The position numbers and the translations under genes are program-made. Below the pieces are notes generated by a model. That model made no database searches. It was not told the DNA's origin and saw only the letters and a program-made list of their open reading frames with translations. Shown piece after piece: positions 1 to 9,644 of a stretch of 64,000 bases of DNA. Each line of letters starts with the position of its first letter. Positions within the stretch are counted from its first letter, which is position 1. The stretch is from positions 13,702,001 through 13,766,000 of the forward strand of contig JBHGNT010000005.1 of assembly GCA_043228905.1 (NCBI GenBank), given 5' to 3'. This DNA comes from Azolla caroliniana (lineage: Eukaryota > Plantae > Polypodiophyta).

Positions 1-295
1 GTTTACACATAGGAGACACAATTTTGAACACCTTTGTGAAAGGAGAGAGGTGCATGGGCAAGCCCAAACACTCCCTTGCCACAAGTCGCACGAACACACA
101 AGCAAGATTTACACTAACATGCAAGACACGATTTCGAACGTCTTTGTGAAAGGAGAGGCACGTAAGTTTGAATGCCTTTGTGAAAGGAGAGGTGCATGGC
201 CAGCCCAAAACGCTCCCATGTCACAAGACACACAAACAAATAAGCACAAATGACGATAACAAATAAGCACAATCAAGATTTACACATAAGACAAG
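1..295. repeat. degenerate tandem repeat (core CTTTGTGAAAGGAGAG x3, (A/T)TTTACAC x3)
   Basis: ctttgtgaaaggagag recurs at ~32, ~142 and ~177, and gtgcatgg..agcccaaa recurs at ~50 and ~192; truncated by the window edge. Confidence 0.6.
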
Positions 296-544
296 TAAAT
301 GAAAGAAAACATTAGTTTATATCAATATAATAGATTCTTTTATAATATAAAAATCATGTTACAATGGGTTGGATGCGAATATGAAGGATTGTTAATAAAG
401 GAATAGGGGAAGAGAGGTGGAGGAAAGAAGAGAGTGGAGTATAGAAGGAGTTTCTTTGTTGATGATGCCTCTTGACGTTGTTGATCCTTCTTCTTTCTAT
501 TTCCAATTGAGTAGAGCTTCTGCATTCCTTCTCCACCGGACCAG

Positions 545-1010
545 CTTTCGCTAAGTTCATGGTAGCTAAACCAGCTTCTCCGAGCAATTCCAAAGGTCTC
601 ACTTATGAGGGCATGGTGATGCTCTCCACCGGACCCATGATAGATCTTGTGAAGAAATCACCCCTTATTGCCTTGGTGGCGGTTTCCGTGACGATGGCGG
701 TTTCCATGGTAGCCGTGGAGATAGAGACAATGGGAGGAGATTGGATAGGGACGGAGATTGGGATGGTGGATTCGATCAGGAGAGTGGCTTTGGCCGTGAT
801 TTTGGCGATGAGCCCTCCAGGGCTAACAATGTTGACGATTGGGGTGCTCCAAAGAAATTTTTTCCCTCTGGTATGGGTGGAGCCTCAGGGCGGTATGACA
901 ATGATGTTGGTGGAGGGTGGAGGATGGGCGACTTCTCCTCTTCCAAGGATGATGAGGACAACCATTGGGGCTCTTCGAAGAAATTCACCCCTATTGTTCC
1001 TACCAGTACA
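545..1010 (+). pseudogene. plant eIF4B-like gene fragment (frameshifted)
   Basis: Two frames give GLTYEGMVMLSTGP / DRSCEEITPYCLGGGFRDDGG / EPSRANNVDDWGAPKKF / DDEDNHWGSSKKF. These resemble recalled plant eIF4B motifs LTxxEMxxLPTGPRERSAEE..LGGGF and PSRADExDxWG.xKKF; no intron visible. Confidence 0.7.
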
Positions 1011-1460
1011 GACGATGGAGATGGAAGCCTGAAGGCCCTCCAATACTTCTCTCTCGTCTCCAAGATCTACACAGAGCATGACGCCAATCTCAGTTGCTCT
1101 GACAAAACCCTAGCCGAGTTCATCACCAATCTCGGCCGACGTAGTGATCATCGCAAGGAGAATGGAGCCAAGATGCCTGAATATTTCGTTTCAAGCTTGC
1201 TTACCACAATCCATGTTGTTTTACCTCCTTCATCTACTCGGAAAGGTGAGAAAGGGGAAGGTTAAATTTTCTCCTAATGGTGATTCTTCCTTTCCTAGTC
1301 TCTCTGTTGTTGATAATAAGACGAGGATTCGAAAGATTGAGAATAATCTAGAGTGTGAGGCATGATCCAAGGGAGAGAGGACTGAGAGAAAGAAGTATAG
1401 CTCTCGTGATAATGACCAAAGAGGGGATGCAAGACACAACGAGAGAGATAGGAGAGTAGA
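1011..1460 (+). pseudogene. Prp22/DHX8 (DEAH-box splicing helicase) N-terminal fragment, in frame with the eIF4B fragment
   Basis: LKALQYFSLVSKIYTEHDANLSCSDKTLAEFITNLGRRS..KENGAKMPEYFVSSLLTTIHVVLPP, then after a frameshift SFPSLSVVDNKTRIRKIENNLECEA; matches the recalled plant Prp22 N-terminus (LxYLSLVSKVCxELExHLG..DKVLAEFI..LG..LKENGAEMPDYFVRxLLTIIH..LPP). Confidence 0.8.
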
Positions 1461-1890
1461 GATGTTTAGTTACAGTCCGTCTCACAGAAAGAAAACATCT
1501 TGGCATTGAATGTGAGAAGGCATTCCGAGATGGAAAACATGTCACATTTGCGGGTGAGCAGTTCCCAAAGACTTAGAATAGAAATGAAGGTACAAACAAA
1601 TTTTGTAGAAACAGAACTCCTCCAAGCATTCTAGAACAATTCTATACACCACAGGAAGACGGCCAGATAGAGACATCTGGCGGTGGCTAAGACAACCGAC
1701 CACACGGGGATGGCCGCGGTCGAGATGCACAATCGAGACGCGTTGCCGAGAGTACAACCCAGACGCATGACCGAGAGAAGGGCCGAGTGATGGCCACGAA
1801 GACAGCCAAAGAGAAGATGAAGAAGAAAGTGGACGAAGAAGAAAAGAAATAGGAAAGAGAAGAGGGGCAGAGAGAAAAATTTCACAAGCT

Positions 1891-1986
1891 CAAGGGTATC
1901 CATTAAAATTTCAAAACTTTGAGGGTAAAAACGAAAATTTTCTAAAACCAAGGGGTACAAATCATGAAATTTCGAAAACACAACTC
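1891..1986. repeat. three ~30-bp tandem units (GGGTA...AAATTT..AAAAC), possible Mutator-type TIR
   Basis: caagggtatccattaaaatttcaaaacttt / gagggtaaaaacgaaaattttctaaaacca / aggggtacaaatcatgaaatttcgaaaaca; the partner TIR is not in the window. Confidence 0.4.
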
Positions 1987-2082
1987 ACATGATGAAAGAA
2001 AGAATACACAAACACACAACACGATCTCACGACCCATGCGACAATGCACTAGCCGATTGGTGTATGATCCAATCATGACTGG

Positions 2083-2615
2083 TGTTGACCGAACGAGAAG
2101 GTTTGAGTCAAGCCAAGCTCCGACTGAAGTTATCGATCTTAGAGCAGTGATCCTGTTATTGCTAGGGCCGGACAACAGCCTAACACAGGGTGTCCACTTA
2201 AGACACGTCACCAAAGGGTGGTACCATAGAATGACTTACGACACAACGCTTACTTAGACCTTAATCGGTTACTTAGCCATCCATAATTAACACGCGTAAG
2301 ATATAACAATGAATACAGAACGGTAATCAACACTGGAAGATTAAGACAATAAGCTTTATTAATTATCCGCTCCTGATTACATTGTAACCGGTCCTTTATA
2401 TAGGTCTCTGGTGCGAAATACAAAACGGTGCCAACCGGCACCTTTACGGAATCGTTCCGGATCCGGATCGGCATACCGATTCCGGTCCGTCCGTCCACAT
2501 CTTCTTATATAATAATATGTATATATTAAGACTACTAATTACAACAGTTCCCGAATAACTATTCCTTTCACACTCTGGTTTGGACCTCCTTAAGCCTTCT
2601 TGCCGACCGGTAACA
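2083..2615 (-). repeat. 3' LTR of element A
   Basis: TGTTGACC...GGTAACA; minus-strand TATA CCTATATAAAG (~2395-2405) with AATAAA downstream (~2355-2360); left boundary inferred. Confidence 0.75.
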
Positions 2616-2617
2616 CA

Positions 2618-2657
2618 TGGCACGCCCGTGGGATAGTACCTTGTACATCGAACCCAC
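2618..2657 (-). other. tRNA-Arg-like 3'-end copy (inverted PBS) occupying the PPT position of element A
   Basis: Element strand reads GTGGG-TTCGA..(19-nt loop)..TCCCACGGGCGTGCCA-TG|TGTTACC; no purine tract next to the LTR. Confidence 0.7.
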
Positions 2658-2699
2658 TATCCAACCCTTTTATGCTTCGTCCAAAATGTCCAGAATGCT

Positions 2700-5460
2700 T
2701 TGCTCCAAAATTTTCAATGGCCCGTTGGGAATCTGTTGTTGCTGTTGTGGCTGCTGCTGTTGTTCCGTTTGTGGTTGTGGTTGCTGCTCCGTTTGTGGCT
2801 GTGGCTCTATTTGTCGCTCTGGCACCGACGTTTCCATCGTTGGTTCCTCCGACGAAGTTGTTTGTGGCTGACTGACCCCGGCCTATTCCCCCTCCGGTCT
2901 TTGCACCGGCAACGGTTCCTCATCACTAAGGTTGACCGTTGCCACCTTTCGCGCTTTTTCTTCGCGGAGCCGGGACCACTCATAGCTTTCGAACTGGATT
3001 TGAGCCTCCACCCGATCATCGTCTAGTTGAGCTACGAGCTGTCGGACCTGCACCAATTGTTCATCCGCTAGGGTTGTGAAATCTTCCGCCAGCTCATCCC
3101 TGATGGTGGTGAAGTCCTCCGAGTTCAGCATATAGCAGCCGTCGCCCTCCTTTCGTCGGTTTTCAACGTCTGCCCTAAGCAATTGGAGTTTCGGCGTATT
3201 CTGCGCCCATTTTGCCCACGAACGCACAAAGCTATCATCAATCAAGCTTTTGGTCTTAGTGAGCCATGACCGGAGGATGCACTGGATCCGTTTGGCTCCC
3301 ATCTTTGATTTATTTTTTGCGGCTTGTCGCTCCTCCTTCAATTGCTTGATGATCCGAACCGTGTCTGCCTCCTGCTCCCTATAATGCGACAATTGAGTTT
3401 GATAGGTTGTTTGCAACCTCTGTAGTACCATTGACACTCTTTCCTTGTCTTCATGGTTCTGTTTGTGGAGCTCCATCCGGTCATTCGCCGCTTCCTCCAA
3501 TAGCCGGGAACTTTCCGCTCGTTCTTCGGCGAGTGCCGTTGTGGCCCTATCAACCTCTTGCCGGAGCTTGGCCATCCATTCCTGTTGTTGCTGATGCTCC
3601 GTCTCCAGCTGCTTGTAGTCCCGATGCAAATGATCGAAATCATCAGTCTTCTGCTTCAGCCTTTGGTTGATCTGACGGCGCGCGCAGTCCTCCCGGTCCT
3701 TCTGGTGCTAGAGCTCTTCCTTCAACCGCTCGATTTCCGTTTCCGCCATCCGTCGCAGCTTGTCTTTTTCCTGCAGCACTTTCTCTTTTTCCTCCTTCAA
3801 CCGGTCGTAAGCATGATGTCCTTTACGCAGGTTTTCCTCTGCACGGTGAAGTTTCTCAGCAGTCTTTCTTAATTCTTCTTCGACTGCCTTCTTCAAGTCG
3901 CGTTCGCGGCTCCGTAATGCTTCTTGTGCGGCAAGCTCATCTCATAATTTCGCAAGCTCTTGGGCTTGCGCCGCATGTTTCTCCGGGACAGTTTGTGTCT
4001 CCAGGGTCTTATTCTTCTGTACATCAACCGGAGTCACCGGTGCTTGGATCTGCGTTGCGGTTAAGGCCATTTTGGCCATATCTCTAGTGATCTGATCCAA
4101 GTCTTGTTCGAGGCACCGCATCCTTGACCGGGCCGTCTCCAGTTCATCGGTTGTGACTAGCAACCGTTCCGTTTGCGCTCTTTCCTCCGCCTCTATGCAT
4201 CCGACTACTCCGACAATTTGGTCTCCTATCCACCGGAGGCATTGGTTGTCGGTGCACTGTTGTTGCGCTTGCACGGAGAGTTGGCTGATGGGTTCACTCG
4301 CCGGTGGCTAGTCCCGCCGTTCTGCGTCAAGCTGCGCTTCTAGTTCTGCCAGCTGACCACTGCCATTCCGGCTAATCGCCCCTTGTCTGCTTGTTCTTGG
4401 CCGGTTGGGGCGGTTGGCCTTTGTATCTCCAGCTCTTGGGTGACGGGGCTTGCCAGTGCTGCCTGTTGTGCCGGGACTTCTGTGACCGGTTCCATCCGAA
4501 CCGGTTCCGGTGCCTCCCTTGGCGTGGGTTGCTCAACGTGAGTTGCGGGCGTTCCATCCTTCTGTGGGTCTGAACGCTTCTTGGCTGATTCATCGGTGAT
4601 CTTCACTAGCCGCCGCTAGAGGTGCTCCGTGGGTTCTTCCTCCATTTCTTCCGCCTGAGTCCTGACATTCATTCTTGCCGCCAGGGTGTCCGTTTCCTGT
4701 TGCACCAGTCGGTGGAGTGGGCTCTTCGAGGGTCGTGCCGGTGTCTCCTCACTTGCATCCGTTGCCGCTTCCGGCTGGCGCGCTCCGTCGCCGCCTTCTC
4801 TGCTTCGGCAGTCTTCCCCTTAGTGGCCTTGGAGGCCAACAGTTGTTGCCATTTCGAAGCAGGTTTCGGGGTGCCGTTCGTTGCTCTTCTCCGCTTCTTG
4901 GTTTGGACGGGCTCGACCGATGGTGCCAACAGGGTGAGCCATTGTGTCACCGCATGTCATATTTTCTGGCCTTCCTTGCCGTCCTTTCCTCTTACTATAT
5001 CAATGGCCGTACACAGCCTGTCGGCAATCAGCACCGGCCAATCTACCTTGACCCCTTCGTACGTTGCGATGATCAAGCCTGCCCGGTTCTAAGGCATGAC
5101 GGGGGGTCGAGGGTACACGTGGCCGAACTCGTGGAGCACACGGGCAATTTCACGGAATAGCATATCTTCGCCGCCTTGTGTCCTGTAGCCCTTGCTGGCT
5201 AATGAGTACTCACCGAAATATTTGATGAGTTGCTCGGAGGTAGGATTGTCGATCGTGTAGATACCTCCCTCCGGAAGGCCTATTAACGCACGGATTGCTT
5301 CCTCCATGATCACCTCTGGGTCGATTTCTTTTATAATCTTTTCGACCTCCTTGTGTGGCGCCGCCTCCATGATCGTTAAGAAACCCTCCAGACCATGCTG
5401 TCGTAACCATTTCTTGGTGGTCCATCTCTGCGTCCAAGTCGGAGAGCGTTGGCGAGGTTT
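2700..5460 (-). pseudogene. extra 3' ORF of element A (sense to pol): globular N-terminal part, low-complexity linker, long coiled coil; broken by stops and frameshifts
   Basis: Colinear ORF pieces 5089-5370, 4669-4950, 4340-4606, 3942-4274, 3708-3896 and 2883-3629 (E/K/Q/R-rich heptads) between integrase and the 3' LTR. Confidence 0.65.
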
Positions 5461-5800
5461 GGTGGTGGGGAGAGTGTGAGAGAGAAAATTCTGAGGGAGG
5501 GGGTTCTCTGTGTGCGAGCTCTCTATGATTGATCTTCGCGCGTCGCTCTGCGTCTGTTCTCCTTGGTTCGCGATAGGAGAAGGTCTCGATGCGTGGGGGT
5601 TTTTCTCTGTGCATTTTGGCGCCTTTTTCGAGCCTCCGCATGTGCAGGTCGTGTACTATAATAGCATTGCGTGCCATGTGGCGATGGTTTAATGTCCTAT
5701 TCCTAGCTCCTCATACCTTTTCGACGTGCCTCTTTACTCCTCGTGTGCATGGCCGTTTCCACCACTCCTTTCCATGATTTATTTGATTCGCTCCTTTTTA

Positions 5801-6276
5801 TTATTTATTATTTATTTCTTTATTATTTTTTATTTTTTTATTTTTTAACTTACTTGTGTGGTTAGTTTTTCTCGGGTCCCGTCGGACCTTTGCCCGAAGC
5901 GTGCAACTTGCCAGCCTCTTGACGGTTTGCCGCCGTTCTGCTCTCCTCGGTTGCGGCTCATACTCCTCCTTACTGGCTTGGTGGTAGCCGTTGTCTGATT
6001 CGGTGGCGGCCTTTCGTTCAAATGGGTTCTTAGGCATAGGTCCTTTGTATGGTTTTAGTCTAAATCCGTTGACCCATTTGCCCAGCACTTCTCCGGCAAG
6101 TGTCCCCAACTGGTAGGACCCATTGAACTCGCATGTGATCCAGTATGGTCTGGTCCATCTAAACCGTTGTTTACCTAGCATTTTGCCCATCCGGGTCTGG
6201 AACACGAGTACCGGCTTGCCGGTCCCAAACATCTTTTCGTTTCCCTTCCGATTCCAATCTACAAATGCTTTCCGTC
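5801..6276 (-). pseudogene. integrase C-terminus (GPY/F-type) of element A
   Basis: KAFVDWNRK..GKQRFRWTRPYWI..VNGFRLKPY; joins LELEQRRR at 9640+ across the 6277-9639 insert. Confidence 0.85.
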
Positions 6277-6974
6277 TGTGTCGTGCCTTTCGGCTCCGGA
6301 TCGTTTGCGTGAGTCGGGTGGGAACCACCGGGGTTTTGGACTAGGAGGAGGAAGAATTTGAGGCTAATCTAGTTATGAATATGAATAGATTATAAGAAAG
6401 AGATATAGAAACTTGTGAATCCCACAAGTATAATTGTTTTAGTTTATCTAAATCGTAGTAATAAATTGAAATAATTTAGAATAGATTAGAGTAGATTGAG
6501 AAAAGAGATCAAACCTTGTGAATCCCACAAGTATTACATTAATCAATATTTATGTAAGAATATGAATTTAGATTGAAAGAGATAGATTATCTTAAACTTC
6601 GTGAATCCCACGAGTATATTTTATTGATTGTTGGTGTTTTAGGAAATATATCCAATTTCCCAAATATTTTTCACACACCTATTACATTGTGCTCCCCATC
6701 CTTATGTAGTGATGGGAGAGACTAAGCATAGCTACATGCTTTTTTTTCTAATATGTTCATGCACACTAAATGTGCATGTGATGCTTTTCTAATCCTTGCT
6801 TTTATTTACTAAATATAGTGCTCATGCACGCTAGATGTGCATGAGTCACTTTTTAGTCGCTTGCGTTTTTCTATAAAATATTCACGCACTCTAAAAATAC
6901 ATGATTTACCTTTTAATAAAGGTAGGCGCAAATAAAGCAGTTATAGTTATTAAATCTATTTATAGAACACTAAA

Positions 6975-7047
6975 GATAAGGTAGTATAATGGTAAAGTTG
7001 AGGTTTGGCTATGTGGAGGTACAGGGTTCGAATCCTGCCCTATGCAC
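6975..7047 (+). promoter_or_regulatory. tRNA-type Pol III A/B-box module in the LTR U3 (second copy 9465-9537)
   Basis: A box TAGTATAATGG 6982-6992, 32 nt, B box GGTTCGAATCC 7025-7035, T4 at 7071; no acceptor or anticodon stem. Confidence 0.7.
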
Positions 7048-7104
7048 GTGATAAATATCTTGATATATTATTTTATTTATTTATATGTAATTAAATCGGT
7101 TATA

Positions 7105-8751
7105 TTATTTTTTTACTTTTTCACGTAGTGTACGAAATACACTACGACACTCGCCCCCTCCGAACCCGCACATCCTCCGGTATGTGCCGAAGTTGCCGAT
7201 GCTCGTTGTCTCCCCTTCATCCTCCGTTTGTCCCGCTATGTCAACTTTGTCTCTCCATTTTGAGTAGACCCATTCTTTCCACCCGAACCATTGTCGCCAT
7301 CCGATCCACCATATTCTTTGTTCATTCTTTGCATTGCCATGAGTGGTTGTCATGGTCCCTTGTGGTACTCTTGAGCATCTCGGTGTGTTGTCTCTCTCCA
7401 CTCCGCGCTTGTCTTCCGTAGGTTCTACCCACGCGTCGATGTCGACCTCCGAATACGCGCTCGCTGTTAGGTCCTTGTGCGGCTTTAATGCATGCTTTAT
7501 TTCTCGATGTTGCGCATGCGTCGTATTAGGCCGTAGCGCATGCTTCGTATTCCATCGTAGTGCATGCGCCGTATTACCCCGTAGTGCATACTTATTTTTG
7601 CACCGTAGCGCGTGCTTCTTTTTGCGCCGTAGCGTGTGCTTCTCTTTACGCCGTAGCACGTGCTTCTTTTGGTGCCGTAGTGCGTGCTCCGTATTACATG
7701 CTTCTCCCATCGTAGACCCGACCTTCGCGTTGTCATGCTTTTGTTTACATCGGAATTTCAGACGGATCATCTTCCATCCGAACCGGCTTCCGACTTTACC
7801 TTCCTTGTTGCCACCTCCCGTCTCTCCGGTCTCACGTTGGTTCTCGGACACAACCGCCGAAGTCTCTAGAATTAGTGGGTAGGAATCCTCGGTATTATCA
7901 TCTTCCGTTGTTTCACCCATAGCCATGTTCTCCTTGGCTATCTCTCCTTCGTATGCATCGGCTTCGACCTTCGTTTCGTTGCCGCCACTTTCCTTATCTT
8001 CGGTGTTATGTCGACACCCGGGCTCCAGTACCGAAGTCTCCGAAACAATGGTGAAGGAATCCCTTCGTTCGTGCTCATTTACTTTGTCTTCCTCGTTGCC
8101 CTTCCGGTCCTCCACTTTTCCACCGACACATTCCGTCTCTCCGGTCTCACGTTGGTGCACGGGCACAACCGCCGAAGTCTCTGGAACCGGTGTGGGGATA
8201 CCCTTTCGTCCTCGATCTTCCTCCTCCTCGTCCTTTGTTGGCCTCGACTTTGGTTCGGTTTTAAGCTCCCCTTCAATGTCGACTTGCGACTTTTCATGCA
8301 TCTCCGAACCCTTCCGCATCAAGCTCTCCTTCGGTGGTAGTCGGTGGCCGCTTTTCACCCACTGTTGACCGCCGTTCGTGGACCATGTCCTCGTCCGCTT
8401 CGGTCTTAGATAGTCATATGTGTCTCGTATAGCTTCTTCAAAGGACTCCCACATCGGGCTTTGTTGTCGTATCTCGTGGATTCTCTCTTGAAGCTCATCC
8501 GTAGCCACCTGGTTGAAAGATAACACTTGCAATCTTTCTGAGATACCATATCGCAACATCTCCATTTTGTAGTCACGTAGATAGCGTGACACGTCCTTTC
8601 CATCGAATTGGCCGTTTTGTTGCACGAGCCGTTGTACTACTGTCGTGATCTCCGACATCTCGCGTTGTTCTTGTAGCATTCTCTCGAACATCATCATCAT
8701 CATGTTCATCGCCTCTTGTTGATTCTCCATCTCCTTGCCACCCGCCTTCAC
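7105..8751 (-). CDS. 548-aa Gag-N-terminus-derived protein with acidic region and basic 8-aa repeats
   Basis: FDGKDVSRYLRDYKMEMLRYGI is homologous to the gag starts at 60130, 47626 and 56118; open from the PBS into the 3' LTR; the first ATG is probably ~8731. Confidence 0.75.
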   Translation of the reverse strand: MKAGGKEMENQQEAMNMMMMMFERMLQEQREMSEITTVVQRLVQQNGQFDGKDVSRYLRDYKMEMLRYGISERLQVLSFNQVATDELQERIHEIRQQSPMWESFEEAIRDTYDYLRPKRTRTWSTNGGQQWVKSGHRLPPKESLMRKGSEMHEKSQVDIEGELKTEPKSRPTKDEEEEDRGRKGIPTPVPETSAVVPVHQRETGETECVGGKVEDRKGNEEDKVNEHERRDSFTIVSETSVLEPGCRHNTEDKESGGNETKVEADAYEGEIAKENMAMGETTEDDNTEDSYPLILETSAVVSENQRETGETGGGNKEGKVGSRFGWKMIRLKFRCKQKHDNAKVGSTMGEACNTEHALRHQKKHVLRRKEKHTLRRKKKHALRCKNKYALRGNTAHALRWNTKHALRPNTTHAQHREIKHALKPHKDLTASAYSEVDIDAWVEPTEDKRGVERDNTPRCSRVPQGTMTTTHGNAKNEQRIWWIGWRQWFGWKEWVYSKWRDKVDIAGQTEDEGETTSIGNFGTYRRMCGFGGGECRSVFRTLREKVKK

Positions 8752-9644
8752 GTCGGGTTCACCAACTGTGTCGTGCCTTTCGGCTCCGGATCGTTTGCGT
8801 GAGTCGGGTGGGAACCACCGGGGTTTTGGACTAGGAGGAGGAAGAATTTGAGGCTAATCTAGTTATGAATATGAATAGATTATAAGAAAGAGATATAGAA
8901 ACTTGTGAATCCCACAAGTATAATTGTTTTAGTTTATCTAAATCGTAGTAATAAATTGAAATAATTTAGAATAGATTAGAGTAGATTGAGAAAAGAGATC
9001 AAACCTTGTGAATCCCACAAGTATTACATTAATCAATATTTATGTAAGAATATGAATTTAGATTGAAAGAGATAGATTATCTTAAACTTCGTGAATCCCA
9101 CGAGTATATTTTATTGATTGTTGGTGTTTTAGGAAATATATCCAATTTCCCAAATATTTTTCACACACCTATTACATTGTGCTCCCCATCCTTATGTAGT
9201 GATGGGAGAGACTAAGCATAGCTACATGCTTTTTTTTCTAATATGTTCATGCACACTAAATGTGCATGTGATGCTTTTCTAATCCTTGCTTTTATTTACT
9301 AAATATAGTGCTCATGCACGCTAGATGTGCATGAGTCACTTTTTAGTCGCTTGCGTTTTTCTATAAAATATTCACGCACTCTAAAAATACATGATTTACC
9401 TTTTAATAAAGGTAGGCGCAAATAAAGCAGTTATAGTTATTAAATCTATTTATAGAACACTAAAGATAAGGTAGTATAATGGTAAAGTTGAGGTTTGGCT
9501 ACGTGGAGGTACAGGGTTCGAATCCTGCCCTATGCACGTGATAAATATCTTGATATATTATTTTATTTATTTATATGTAATTAAATCGGTTATATTATTT
9601 TTTTACTTTTTCACGTAGTGTACGAAATACACTACGACACCGTC

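Larger units (their letters stand above)
6277..9639 (-). mobile_element. young non-autonomous gag-only (TR-GAG-like) Ty3-derived LTR element
   Basis: 873-bp LTRs 6277-7149 and 8767-9639 with one visible difference; TSD CCGTC (6272-6276 / 9640-9644); PBS TGGTGAACCCGACGTGA (tRNA-Trp-like) 8748-8764; PPT GGAGGGGGCGAG 7150-7161. Confidence 0.95.

Noticed and set aside
2066-2082. TSD GATCC for element A (matching 24654-24658)
   Set aside because: The left copy is 12 bp away from the inferred TG start, so neither the TSD nor the left LTR boundary is established.
2617-2871. Cys-rich metallothionein-like ORF (CCCCCGCCC..)
   Set aside because: It is the reverse-strand reading of the CAG/CAA/CCA repeat at the end of element A's extra ORF.
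6411-6614. CRISPR-like repeat-spacer pattern
   Set aside because: Only three ~19-bp units with 85-105-bp spacing inside a eukaryotic LTR and no cas genes; reported as RNA hairpins instead.
6975-7047. Functional tRNA genes at the A/B-box modules
   Set aside because: No acceptor or anticodon stems can be formed; they are integral LTR parts, with no separate TSD or tail to indicate fresh SINE insertions.
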